From the NCBI GenBank assembly GCA_963808625.1, contig CAWEHK010000034.1, forward strand, positions 1-64,000: DNA of 64,000 bases, in the 5' to 3' direction. Each line of letters begins with the position of its first letter. The stretch's first letter is position 1. The notes below the pieces were generated by a model. That model did not search any database, was not told where the DNA came from, and saw only the letters and a list, made by a program, of their open reading frames with translations. Shown piece by piece: positions 8,786-19,634 of this stretch. This stretch comes from an uncultured delta proteobacterium. Lineage in GTDB: Bacteria; Desulfobacterota; Syntrophobacteria; Syntrophobacterales; Syntrophobacteraceae. The position numbers and the translations under genes were made by a program.

Positions 8786-10097
8786 TCAACCGCCAAGCTG
8801 CTGGGGGGCCAGCTCACGAATGGCGCCGGCGATCTTGCTGAGCTCTCCCAGCCGTGCCTTGGCGCGCTCCAGGTGCGGCACGGCATCCGGATTCTCGTGC
8901 TGTTCGAGTGCCTGAGCCACCCATTTCAAGATATCCGGGTTTTCATGGTCGATCATTCTGACCAGGATGGCGTAACTCTCAGGCGTGTGGATATTCCCCA
9001 GAACAGACAGGAGCCCTCCCTTGAGCTCGTCGAAGGCGGCCTCCCGCTGCAGAAGGTCGTCGATGACTGGCAACGCGCGGTCCCCGAACGATTCCAGATG
9101 AGCCAGACACATCTGAGCGAAATAGGGGAAACGAAACATCGAAAGTTCGCCGAGCAACCGCAGGCAAGTATCGGATCCCCAGGCCCGAAGCAATTCCGGA
9201 ACGAAGAGACTGGCCCACGAAAAGACGTAGGTCAGCGGAAGCACATACGGGATGGCCGCATCACCGGCTCCCTCCACGCGGGACAGCACCGGGCGCGAGG
9301 GCCTGCTTGCGCTCCTCGTAACCTTCCGCTTGGCGACTCGTGAACCGCTTTACATCGTTGGCCGCTTTCAACTGCAGCACCAGGTTGGCGAGGCCCTCAT
9401 CGCCCGGCTGAGGGTATTGTTTCCGATAGGTACGCGCGCGCTGGGAAATCCAGAGGTTCTCGAGCCACGTCGACGGGGAGTAGAAATGGACGGACTTCTG
9501 GACTTCCTTCCCTTCCCGCTGGTGGAAGCCGTACTCCTGGTAGAATTGATTTTCCTGGGTGGCCACTTGCCAGCGGCTCCGGCAGGTAAGATAGGCCTTC
9601 TCGTAATCGCCCGTTGCCAACGCAACGCTCACTGCCATGTCGTGGAGCCGATCGTCCTCCGGGTAGGCCGTGAGCAGTTGATCGGCCAGCCGGCCGGCCT
9701 TCCCGTACTCCTCCTTGAACAGCAGATCGTACCCCTTGGCGATCTCCTTGGTCAGCTGTTCGCGGGCTTTGGCCAGTTTCTCCATCTCCTTCAGGCGCTC
9801 CGGCGGGACGGCTTTTCTCGCCTCTTCGTGCTGCGGCAGGCAGCATTTCTTGTATTTCTTTCCGGAGCCGCACGGGCACGGCTCGTTACGCCCCACGCGG
9901 TACATGACCAATTGGTCGACCAGAGCCATCTTTCGCTGGGCGGTCTGGTAGGCTTCAAGCCGCTTGTCCAACTCGGCGCGACTGATGCCGTACTGGCTGC
10001 AGATGAGGTCGGGGTCGGTCCCCTTTAAGAACTCGACGACCGGCTTCATGAGGTCGACCGGGGGACGGGATTCGCCACCGGACTGCTGATTCTCCAT
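8786..10097 (-). CDS. SEC-C motif protein with TPR-like and C-terminal HEAT-like repeats (frameshift near 9290)
   Basis: GRNEPCPCGSGKKYKKCC; ORFs 9261..10112 and 8786..9289 join; helical repeats LGNIHTPES / ALEQHENPDAVP. Confidence 0.7.
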
Positions 10098-10347
10098 GTT
10101 CGTTCCTTTCAACGGAAGGAATGGGACCGTTTCGCGTGAAGCGGCCGCGATGGCTTCTTATCAGCTTTCCGATTTCCTGTCAAAAACATCATCCGTCGGC
10201 AAAGGATCTCTTATGGCTGACGTCTCGCCCGTCTATCACCCAAGAGAGCCCGCCGACGTCGGCTTGAGTGTTCGCAGTCGTTCTGTCACGAGCATTATGC
10301 CGGATCAACTTCACTGTCAGCCAATGCGGCATTGTCTATCAGGGTGG

Positions 10348-10557
10348 TTATGATTCTGCATCATCAACGTTCAACGATAGAAGATAGAATGCCGCTTCTT
10401 CGGGTGTTTCCATTGCTGCCGGAGCACCCCACTCGCGGAAATTCCAGCGAATGCCATTCACTTCTCTACAGAACCATCCATGCTCGTTCTGGATGAATTC
10501 GCCGTGAAGCATTCCATAGCCTTCGATTTCGATTCTCTTCGTGATCGTCGTTTCCAT
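10348..10557 (-). CDS. Small hypothetical protein
   Basis: 69-aa ORF with AGGAGG RBS. Confidence 0.5.
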   Translation of the reverse strand: METTITKRIEIEGYGMLHGEFIQNEHGWFCREVNGIRWNFREWGAPAAMETPEEAAFYLLSLNVDDAES

Positions 10558-10709
10558 CGCGTGAGCCTCCTATTGTTGTGTGATGCCGGAAGAACCTGCA
10601 TGGCCCTGCCTATGCCTTCACCAGGCGAAGCAGGTGCACTGATGTCCAAGGTCCCTGGGTCCGCTTCCAACGTCACATTCCCACGCTGTCGGGCGATGGT
10701 CAAGGAAAT

Positions 10710-10874
10710 ATGCGACTGGAACGAGAACGGGTTTCCATGCTGAAGATGGATTTGGGTGAAGGGGATGCGGATGATCTTTTGGGCGGTATGATCCAGGTAT
10801 CCGATCTCAAAATATGCTGCCCCGAATTCTCGGTCCCAGCGGGTCCTGTTGAAGAGCCGTTGTATAGAAATCAT
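10710..10874 (-). pseudogene. Truncated DUF504 (MJ1316-like) gene
   Basis: ISIQRLFNRTRWDREFG..FEIGYLD..IIRIPF resembles the DUF504 N-terminus; the expected C-terminal IPxHR motif is missing. Confidence 0.55.
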
Positions 10875-11323
10875 GAGTGGGCCATTGGCATTTTGTCACC
10901 TCCAAGGAGGAGCATGGAGATTGTTCTTGAGATTGGGCGAATAGCACAACTCCTGAAGGCAGTCAAAAGCATTATGACCATCCCGCTGTCACACCGTGAT
11001 GGTTCTTGTTCTCAAAAAACCAGAAATCGGCCCCCAATGCCCTTGACACAACCCACGGCAGATGCTACCCCAAAAAACTCGAAAAGCGATTTCTTATAAG
11101 CTCGCGGAGGGTTGAAACCATGCATTTATCAACGAATGATACCGAAGCCCAGGATAAATGGATCATCGAAATATCGGCGTGAAATATGCTTAATAAGATA
11201 AGAGCTATTTAAATACGAAGACAGAACCTTTCTGGAAACTCTTTAATCAGTACTATGACACAACAGTTCCATTTCCAAAGATGTTGCTTCGCTTCGCTCG
11301 CAATGACAACGTATTATTATTAA

Positions 11324-12535
11324 TTATCCAGATTTGGCTCCAGCTGCGCAAAATACCGGATCAGAGACCCGTCGCTTTCCGTAATACTTGTCGTCTGGCG
11401 GTCTCGGCAGCCCTCGAATAGAAAAGGTTTCAATATTCCGATACTTCGGCGAAGCCAGAAAATATTCCGTTACAAGCCCAATCCGCTCGAATTCATGCAT
11501 CTCCTCCCATATTTTTACTACTTTCGGCGGGAACCATCGGTCGGAAAATGTTACAACAAAATAGCCGCCCGGTTTTAAAATCCGATTGATTTCTTCAAAT
11601 ACCTCAAACGGCCGGGTCATGTACTCTACGGAAACCGTACAAACAACAGTATCGTATGTATTGTCATTAAATGGCAAGTTCGGATTGACGTTAATGTCAT
11701 GAATAACATAATCACTCAATTGTTCATTTCCCTGAAGTTCTTCTTCGTTGAGTCCGAGTCCCGTGAGTTTTCCCAAATTTATGTCAGAAGGAATGTGCGA
11801 TGTCCAACTGCTCATTAAATCCAATACCCTCATACCCGGTTTCAAAAACTTACTATAGATATCGGAGATTTGACCGATTGCCGTATCATCGATATGGCTC
11901 ACAAATCTGGGAGTTACATAGAACTGAGCATCCGCTTCGTTATCTTTTCGACTGAACGGGTCATCCGAGAAGAAATCCGTAGGTCTTCCATTGATCCGAA
12001 TCTGCATTCCTGGGCCGCTGGTAATCGTTTCTATCCAGTCCGTGCAATTTCCGCCGGTAATGCTGATCTTCTTCGTCACGGAATGAATAACCGCAGTGAG
12101 ATGCAATTCTTTTTCTGACAGAGGATGATTGAAATCTACCTGTAATTGATAATCATCAGAACCAACGCAACGGAAAGGTTCGATGTTTTGTTTATACACT
12201 CCCGGAATATCTTTCAACATGCCTTTGGGATAAAACCTGCCATAGCGCGGTTCAATAACGACATGAGGTTGAAATGTCCGGTCAAACTGGTTTTGTCGGA
12301 TATAAAAACGTTTTTTTGGATCATATATAAAACGACTGTCATCGGGTCCCAAATCATATTCAATCCGATCTGAAACACTTGTGGAGAGCAGCTGTTCATA
12401 TAGCTTCTTTGGAAATATATCCCGCCAGAGATTGATACGCTGACCATAATACACTTCGGTATGGGCTGCATCCCCGCTCTTCCAATTCAGCCGGAATTCG
12501 ATATTTGTTAATGAATCGGGGCTTATCTTGTTCAT
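11324..12535 (-). CDS. Class I SAM-dependent methyltransferase with N-terminal SlyD/FKBP-like region
   Basis: PRFVSHIDD, VLDLMSSW, GLGLNEEEL, CTVSVEYM, ILKPGG; N-part has VDFNHPL; start MNKISP with RBS GGAGAGG. Confidence 0.8.
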   Translation of the reverse strand: MNKISPDSLTNIEFRLNWKSGDAAHTEVYYGQRINLWRDIFPKKLYEQLLSTSVSDRIEYDLGPDDSRFIYDPKKRFYIRQNQFDRTFQPHVVIEPRYGRFYPKGMLKDIPGVYKQNIEPFRCVGSDDYQLQVDFNHPLSEKELHLTAVIHSVTKKISITGGNCTDWIETITSGPGMQIRINGRPTDFFSDDPFSRKDNEADAQFYVTPRFVSHIDDTAIGQISDIYSKFLKPGMRVLDLMSSWTSHIPSDINLGKLTGLGLNEEELQGNEQLSDYVIHDINVNPNLPFNDNTYDTVVCTVSVEYMTRPFEVFEEINRILKPGGYFVVTFSDRWFPPKVVKIWEEMHEFERIGLVTEYFLASPKYRNIETFSIRGLPRPPDDKYYGKRRVSDPVFCAAGAKSG

Positions 12536-13061
12536 GGTTTTTCTCCTCTCCTGTTTATCGGCCCGCTTAAGAACTGTCGACCTCAAGGCGTTAATTTCCA
12601 TGCTCGTCGTGTGCGGTTTCATGTTGGCAGAGTCACGTTATCTGATTCAAAACGAAACCTAAGCCGTCCGTGAGCACCTTTGAGCTCCAAAAGCGCCGGA
12701 TCATCTGTCGGTGCTAAATTTGGCATGATTCAAGGGGCTGTCAAGAGGGGACGAGCCACAGAGTATACAAAACACCATGGCAAGTTGGCCCGCGAATGAA
12801 CATGCAGGGCAACAAAAGTTTGTGGAAACTTCCCCGACGACGGTCGTTGATGACAGCTCCTCTATTGACAAGACCATTCCTTGCAAGTGGTGATGTCTCT
12901 TTGGGTATGGGCGACGAAGTTTAGCCCGAAGCCTGTTGACAATGATTGATCGATGATTATAATTGTCAATACGGCTTGTGCAGTCGGCGGTCGAGGGTAT
13001 GAAATGATGTAAAATGATTAGTGTGATGTGGTGTCAAAACAAAATACCAAAGGAGGCAGGT

Positions 13062-13367
13062 ATGAAAGACGTGAAGAATTACTGTGACAACGTGGTGACC
13101 GAGCTTAGTGTATGGAAGGCTAAAATCTATGATGTGTTGATGAGAATTGACAAGCTTTCCTCCGGTGATAAAGCCAAACTTGGCGACCAGGTCAATGACT
13201 TGCACATTGTCGTAGAAGAGCTCGAGAACAGAATCGACAGACTGAGGAGCGAATGCCCGACAGATTGGAAGGCGGACCAAATTGAGATGGAGACGAAATT
13301 TGGTCATCTGAAGGGAAAATTTAACGACCTGCACGCGAATTTTTCCCCTGGTGATATTGGTGGATAA
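13062..13367 (+). CDS. Small coiled-coil conserved hypothetical protein
   Basis: AAGGAGG RBS; MKDVKNYCDNV..WKAKIYDV..ECPTDW..PGDIGG. Confidence 0.7.
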   Translation: MKDVKNYCDNVVTELSVWKAKIYDVLMRIDKLSSGDKAKLGDQVNDLHIVVEELENRIDRLRSECPTDWKADQIEMETKFGHLKGKFNDLHANFSPGDIGG

Positions 13368-13436
13368 ATAGAGAGAGCCAAGGCTTTGAAAGCAGGGAAA
13401 GAGAATAGGTTTCCTTCCCTGCTTATTCATTATCAT

Positions 13437-14441
13437 TCAACGGCCTTCCTGTTCCACTTGTCTTGAGTCTGTCGGCAAATCCTTGTAGGCAGGGAGGTCC
13501 CCCGAAGAATGCGCCTTCCATACGGCCCTGAGGATTGCTTCAGCCGTTACCCGGGCAGCAAGTGTCCCGACGACGCTCACTTCTACCGAATCCATGTCCC
13601 CGCAGCTCAGAGCAAAAAGGGTGTCACCGTCATAGAGGGTATGTGCCGGGTAAACCGTCCTGGCCAGACCATCGTGAGCCATTTGTGCCACCTTTGTGAG
13701 TTGTGTTTTGTTGAGTCTCACATTGGTGGCCACCACACCCACAACCGTATGCTGCCCATCAAGAAACCCACGCACCGTGGTCAGACGCAGAATCTCCCGT
13801 TCCGAATCGATCAGCTCATGGCTCAGGGCGCTCTTGCGACATCCCGCTATGGGCCGGCCCAAGGCAGGGTCCACGATGTCCCCGAAGGCATTGACGACGA
13901 TTAAGGCGCCCACCTCCACCCCGCTTTCAGCTCGAATAAAAGCACTCCCCAAGCCACTTTTCATCGCCCGCTCGAGGTTGTAGAGCTTGCCGACCGTTGC
14001 TCCCAGACCGGCCCCTATGTTTCCCTCGGCTACCGGTTTAGAAGATGCATTTTGACAGGCCATATAACCAAGAGTTGCGTCCGGGTAGCGCTCTGAACGG
14101 TTGACTCCCAGATCGAAGATGACGGCGCCGGCAATGATGGGAATAAGGCCTCGCCCACTATCAAAGCCAACGTTCCGTTCCTTGAGAAAGCGCCTTAAGC
14201 CATCGGCAACACTCAACCCGAAGCCGCTCCCTCCGGTGAAGAAAAGCCCATGGATGCGGTCCACAAGATTGATGGGGTTGAGCGTATCGGTGCCGTAGGT
14301 GCCCGGGGCGCCGCCGCGAATGTCAACTGCGGCGACGGCGCCATCGGTCGGGATGATGACCGTGCATCCGCTGGGTGCATCCGGCAGAGCGGCATGCCCG
14401 ACGGTGATGCCTTCGAGGGCGGTGAGGGTATCGTTAGTCAT
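13437..14441 (-). CDS. Peptidase family S58/P1 (DmpA-like)
   Basis: GITVGH, DIRGGAPGT, TGGSGFGL, EGNIGAGLGA, HTVVGVVATN, AHDGLAR..PAHTLYDGD. Confidence 0.9.
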   Translation of the reverse strand: MTNDTLTALEGITVGHAALPDAPSGCTVIIPTDGAVAAVDIRGGAPGTYGTDTLNPINLVDRIHGLFFTGGSGFGLSVADGLRRFLKERNVGFDSGRGLIPIIAGAVIFDLGVNRSERYPDATLGYMACQNASSKPVAEGNIGAGLGATVGKLYNLERAMKSGLGSAFIRAESGVEVGALIVVNAFGDIVDPALGRPIAGCRKSALSHELIDSEREILRLTTVRGFLDGQHTVVGVVATNVRLNKTQLTKVAQMAHDGLARTVYPAHTLYDGDTLFALSCGDMDSVEVSVVGTLAARVTAEAILRAVWKAHSSGDLPAYKDLPTDSRQVEQEGR

Positions 14442-15219
14442 GAGTGTTCTGCCTGTAGTGTTGGAGGAGATAGCGAAAGATTTCTTTACCGATTGCTACT
14501 CCCGTGTCGATGATGTCGGGTCCGTATTGACGACCCGTTGCGGTGCGAAAGGTTTCCGCGATCCGGAAGATGCCGGTCATCCCCCAGGGGAATCTTTCGA
14601 TGAGTTCCTGCGGTGTGATGTGCTGGTGGCTAACCATGTGCCACAGGGTGTGGGTAAAGGTGTCAGGGCCCCAGCGGAATTTGTCGGCATCGTACAGGCA
14701 ATCACTGATCAACTGCGACCAGGGGGGATCACAAGGGAGAGGAGGGACGAATGCTTCGTGGTTTCCTATTGCCCGGCAGACGCATTTGACCTCTCTTGCT
14801 CCGATAGCGAACTTCCTGAGGATGCGAGCCGCTTCCCTGGCTCCTGCTTCGGCATGCTTTTCCTCGTCACGTCGAAGATCATGGAGCAGCCCGCAAATGA
14901 GTCCCAACAGCATCAATCGTTCCAGTTTGATTGGACTGATATGGTCTGATTCGAGTTCCACATAGATCAGGGTGGCCGTGTCGATGCTCACCCGAGTGCT
15001 ATGGAAAAGACCGTGACCCATGTCTTCCTGCAAAATCGGCTCGACCACGCTACGCAGGCGCACCAGCAGACGATCCGTGAAAAAAAGCTTGCGCGCCAGG
15101 GCAAGCGGTGCCTTAAACCGGGTATAGAACTCCGGAGGCGGATGTTTCGAGGCAATCCTTTCTGCCTCTCGCTGCAACCTCAGGGTCAGTTCATTCATGA
15201 AAGTCCGCAGCTCCCTCAC
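14434..15219 (-). CDS. HD-domain metal-dependent phosphohydrolase-like protein
   Basis: GHGLFHS..LLHDL..HAEAGA..NHEAF..LYDADKFRWGPD; overlaps the peptidase start. Confidence 0.75.
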   Translation of the reverse strand: MRELRTFMNELTLRLQREAERIASKHPPPEFYTRFKAPLALARKLFFTDRLLVRLRSVVEPILQEDMGHGLFHSTRVSIDTATLIYVELESDHISPIKLERLMLLGLICGLLHDLRRDEEKHAEAGAREAARILRKFAIGAREVKCVCRAIGNHEAFVPPLPCDPPWSQLISDCLYDADKFRWGPDTFTHTLWHMVSHQHITPQELIERFPWGMTGIFRIAETFRTATGRQYGPDIIDTGVAIGKEIFRYLLQHYRQNTHD

Positions 15220-15256
15220 GGAGTGCTATCACGGCAACGACTGCGTTCTCCCACAA

Positions 15257-15511
15257 CTACTGCAGAGCGAATTTCTCGGCAATGAGCCGGCGAAAACGGG
15301 GAGTATAGATCAGCTCGAAAGTCTCCTGCTTGTCCGGAAAAAGGGAGTAAGCCTGATGGCGGACCCCCTGGACAACCCTTTCCGCTTCATCCAAAGAAAG
15401 ACAGGTCTGAGCGATAAACGCAAGGGAAAAGTCCACCAGTCTCCGCAGCCGGCGAATGCGCTTTTCTTCCTCCTGGCGTGCTGCCTCTGAATCGTTCTCA
15501 GGCAACGGCAT
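15257..15511 (-). CDS. Small conserved hypothetical protein
   Basis: EEEKRIRRLRRLVD..LFPDKQETFELIYTPRFRRLI; co-oriented in the operon. Confidence 0.65.
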   Translation of the reverse strand: MPLPENDSEAARQEEEKRIRRLRRLVDFSLAFIAQTCLSLDEAERVVQGVRHQAYSLFPDKQETFELIYTPRFRRLIAEKFALQ

Positions 15512-15584
15512 GGTCTTCTCCAAGGGCCTCCTGGAACACGGCTGCAATTGCCGGTTCTTTTTCACTCGGCACTTCAGACAGGTC

Positions 15585-16076
15585 TCAGCCAAGTATACAC
15601 TCTTCGGAGCCGGCCTGGAGCAGCTTCTCTTCCATCTCTACGAGCCGCCGAACCATGAAGTTCAGCATCTTGATGCCCGCTTCGGGGAACTGCACAAAGA
15701 GCTTTTGGAAAGTTTCCCGGTCGATGGTCAGGCAATCCAGGTCTTCTACGGCTCTGACTGAAAAAAGCCAGGGAGCCTCCGCCAGGAGAGCCAGGCCACC
15801 GAAAAAATCGCCCTCCTGAAACTCGTTCAAAAAGATCGAGTGCTCTTTCAGCTCCCTTATCACCTGAGCTTTGCCGCAAATCACAACGTATCCAAGACTG
15901 CCGGATTCCCCCTGACGAAAGACAAATTCACCGGCACGGTAATGCCTGCGCTGGCTCAGATAGGCGTAGAGTTTCAGGCGCTCGATAGGGATACCGGAAA
16001 ATGCGGGTACCCTGCGAAGAATGTCAGATATTTTGGTCCAACTCACAGCGACTTCTTCCTGCGGCGTCGAGTTCAC
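15585..16076 (-). CDS. Stand-alone cyclic-nucleotide-binding domain protein
   Basis: LRRVPAFS..GEFVFRQGE..GYVVICG..GDFFGGLALL; 4-nt overlap with the ABC gene stop. Confidence 0.85.
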   Translation of the reverse strand: MNSTPQEEVAVSWTKISDILRRVPAFSGIPIERLKLYAYLSQRRHYRAGEFVFRQGESGSLGYVVICGKAQVIRELKEHSIFLNEFQEGDFFGGLALLAEAPWLFSVRAVEDLDCLTIDRETFQKLFVQFPEAGIKMLNFMVRRLVEMEEKLLQAGSEECILG

Positions 16077-18582
16077 GCGCCTTTTCCCGGTCCATAGGCG
16101 AGCTCATAGAAGAGACCCCTTCTTTCCATCAGTTCTTCGTAGTTACCCATCTCGATGATTCTTCCGGCTCTCATGACGGCGATCACATCGAAGTCCCGAA
16201 CCATCTCCAGGCGATGCGCCACGGCGATGAGCGTATGTTTCCCCTTGAGCTCGGAATTCAACAGGCGCTCGATGCGGGCCTGGGAAGTATTGTCCAGGCT
16301 TGCCGTCGCCTCATCCAGGATGAGGATGTTCGGGTCCTTGAGCAGCGCGCGGGCAATCCCGATCTTCTGCTTCTGCCCCCCGGAAAGCCTGTCGCCTTTG
16401 CTGCCCACCTCGAATTCCAACCCCACTTCTCTCACATCGTCGAGAAGCGCAGCCTCAGCCAGCAAATCGACGACATTCCGGTGGATCCGCTCATTGGTCT
16501 GGGCATGCTCTGCTCTCAGGTGTCCGAAAATCACATTTTCCAGCACACTGTGCGCATACAGATATTCGCCCGGCTTGTAGAAAGTGATCGCTTCCGGCTC
16601 TTCGCTGCTTATTCTCTCCATGAAACGGTTTCGGGCCTGCAAAAGCTGACGTTCAAGGTCCGGGGAGAGTGATGCCATCTTATGCAATGCCGGGATAAAT
16701 CGGAGAGCAAGACTCAGCAGCGCCTCCTCGATATCTCGTGGAAGGTGCTCCCTTCCGGAGCGGCTCAGCCGGTCCGCAATCTCCGTGTAACGTTCGAACT
16801 CATCTACCGGAATGGGACTCATCTTGAAGAAGAAGTCATCTTCCTCCAACCCTTTCAACAAGGCAACCGTGCTCACTGCCAGTTCTGCGCCGAGGTCGAG
16901 GAGCGGAGTGTTGAGGTCCGCAGCCCTCAGAAATTCTCGGAAAAGCTTGTTCGTTGGCAGTTCTTCTGGTTGGTAACGCTTCCGGTTGGGATGGCCGAAA
17001 ACGATGTTCTCCGCAAGACTTGTATAGTACTGAAAGCGATTCACATCAAAAAAATCGACCAGCTCGGCCAGTTCACTTCCCCACCGCTGGACGAAGGATT
17101 TTCTTACGGCGATGAGTTTCCCGGCAAACTCCGGATGGCGCTCGGGCGAGAGGAGGGTGTTCAGCCCCATGGCCAGAATGTCCTCGGAAAAGCCGATTTT
17201 GTCCAATACGCTGAAGATTTCTGCACGAGAGGGAAGGGGCCGGGCTCTTTCTGGCCCATTTTGCTGAAGAGACTGGCAGGCATAGAGGAGGTTTTCCAAA
17301 ATAGTGCCGTCAAAGATAAAGGGGTATTGGGCGACGTAACCGATGTTGTTGCTGACGTCCATGCGGGTGAGCGTTTTCAGTTCCATACCGTCAATGAGGA
17401 CATGCCCGTTGCTGTAATGGTAAAGCTGCCCGATGATCATGCCAAGAGTGCTCTTACCGCTTCCGGACAATCCCACCAGGGCCAACTGTTCACCGGACTT
17501 GAGACTAAGGGAGATTTGGTCGAGGATGCGGACCTGACCATCGACGATGAAGGAAAGGTCCTTCACCTCGAGGTTGCCGACGAGACGGTAAGGCTCGCGC
17601 TCCTCTTCGGGCAATCGTTGAAATTCGGGCTTGACGTCGAAATAATCCATGATCTGGTGATAGCGCACCTTGCTGTCCTGATAGTCCTGGTAATAGTCCA
17701 TCAGTTCCTTCCACGGGTCGTAAAGCTTTTCATAAGCCGAGAGAAAGGCTACGAGGGCGCCCAGGTCGAACCTCCCTTGAATGGTGAGGTAGCCGCCAAC
17801 AATAAAGAGAATAAAAGGGCCGAGGCTCTGAAAGAAGTTGTTGGCAAACTTGGTCAGGAACTTGAACTTGTTCATGCGCAACCGGATCTCGAACAACCTC
17901 GACGGCGAAACGCCCAAGCTTCCGGTTTTCAAGCTCGTAGCCGGCATTTGCCTGGATCTCGTGCATTCCGGAGATGGCTTCACCGATGACGTTGCTCATC
18001 GCTCGGGTGACGTCTATGCGGTCCCGGTTGAGAAGGTTGAAACGTTTCTGGAGCATCGGAACAATGAGAATTTCCACCGGATAGATGGAAAGGCTCAAAA
18101 CTGCCAGCAAAGGATTCAGGTAGGCCATGTATGCGGCAAACGACAGCAACGTCAGGATATTGATGATCGGCACCGCGATCGCGCCGCCCATGAATTCGCC
18201 GATGGCGCTGAGCTCAGAGGTCAGCGAGGCAATGACCATGCCCGGCGGGGTGCGCCGGAAGAAAGGAAGCGGCAGGCTAAGGATGTGATTATAGATTTGC
18301 GTCCTCATTTCAAAGAGGATCTTTTGGCCGATGAAGCTTTGGAGGAGGTTGATGACGTATTTGACCAGTCCCGCCAGCACCACGGCCCCGAGGTAGAGCC
18401 CGCAGTAGAGAAAAAGGGCGTTCACATTCCATCATGGCGATGGCTGAATTGACGATCCTTTTTTGCATCTCCAAAGGAAAGACGCGCAGGAAAATAGCGG
18501 CAAGGATGAGCAAAATGAGCAGCGCCTGCACTCCTCGAAAGCGCTCAAGGACCCATGAAAAAAGGGGCTTCTTGGTAATCAT
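16073..18582 (-). CDS. ABC exporter, fused permease plus ATPase with a large NBD insertion (frameshifts near 18430 and 17900)
   Basis: TM segments in ORFs 18310..18597 and 17730..18425; Walker A GLSGSGKS, LSGGQKQK, ILDEATASLD in 16073..17983. Confidence 0.85.
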
Positions 18583-18836
18583 GGAAAGGCACCCCAAAAC
18601 TAAGAGTTTCCCTCAATGGTCAGGCACATCTCAGCGAGACCCACATAGTGTTTCTCACCGGGCTTCGAAAGTCAACGCCCCATTCCGTGGTCAGCGTCTT
18701 TCCGGGAACCGCGTCGGAGAATCATCATCCCTCAGTCTTGACACCTTCGAACCAGTTGCTATTAATAACTCCTAAATTTTCTGCTTGGGACTCTAAGATT
18801 ACTGTCTCTGGCTAATCCGAACTCAGGAGGGATTAT

Positions 18837-19412
18837 ATGAGAAGCCTCAAAGGAACGAAAACCGAGAAGAATCTGATCACTGCTTTTGCCGGGGAATCAC
18901 AGGCCAGGAACCGCTACACCTACTTCTCGAGCCAGGCCCGCAAAGAAGGATTCGTCCAAATGGCAGTGATTTTTGAGGAAACCGCAAACCAGGAAAAGGA
19001 GCATGCCAAGCGGTTGTTCAAACTCCTGGAGGGTGGCGAGGTTGAAGTCATGGCGAGTTTCCCGGCGGGTGTCATCGGCAGCACCCTGGAGAATCTGAAG
19101 GCGGCGGCGGCCGGAGAGAATTATGAACACACCACCATGTACCCGCAATTCGCCGGCGATGCCCGGGCAGAAGGGTTTGAAGAGATCGCCCAGATTTATG
19201 AGGCCATTGCGGTGGCCGAGAAGCAGCATGAAAAGAGATATCTGGATCTGGCCGCAAATATCGAAAAGGGCCTGGTTTTCAGACGGGACCGCGAAGTGGT
19301 CTGGCGCTGTCTGAACTGCGGGTATCTGCATCAGAGCAAAGAGGCACCGGCGGAATGTCCCGCTTGTGCCCACCCCCAGGCCCATTATGAACTGCTTGGA
19401 GAGAACTGGTAG
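18837..19412 (+). CDS. rbr: Rubrerythrin
   Basis: AFAGESQARNRY, EKEHAK, GENYE, EKQHE, C-terminal CLNCGY..CPACAHP. Confidence 0.97.
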   Translation: MRSLKGTKTEKNLITAFAGESQARNRYTYFSSQARKEGFVQMAVIFEETANQEKEHAKRLFKLLEGGEVEVMASFPAGVIGSTLENLKAAAAGENYEHTTMYPQFAGDARAEGFEEIAQIYEAIAVAEKQHEKRYLDLAANIEKGLVFRRDREVVWRCLNCGYLHQSKEAPAECPACAHPQAHYELLGENW

Positions 19413-19415
19413 CGC

Positions 19416-19558
19416 CTGATACTAAACGGTACTTTAAGGAAGGTTCAAACTGTGTGGGGCAGGCTTTCCAGCCTGCCATGCCGAACTGGCCAAAAGGCAG
19501 GCTGGAAAGCCTGCCCCACAAATCAATGCCCCATGAGGCAACCTCGTTGTTGTATTAG
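19416..19558. mobile_element. MITE-like element containing a perfect REP doublet
   Basis: Ends CTGATACTAAACG / CGTTGTTGTATTAG; core TGTGGGGCAGGCTTTCCAGCCTGCC...GGCAGGCTGGAAAGCCTGCCCCACA. Confidence 0.55.
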
Positions 19559-19634
19559 CAAGTAATGGTTTTACCAAGAAGTTTTGCTGCAAGGCCTAAC
19601 TTCCTTGCAGAGGACACCGTTAGAGGGAGAAACG

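Noticed and set aside
16682..17989. Long antisense ORFs here and at 38855..40264, 51093..52493, 55071..56273 and 56819..58144
   Set aside because: Shadows of well-supported genes on the opposite strand, as expected in GC-rich coding DNA.
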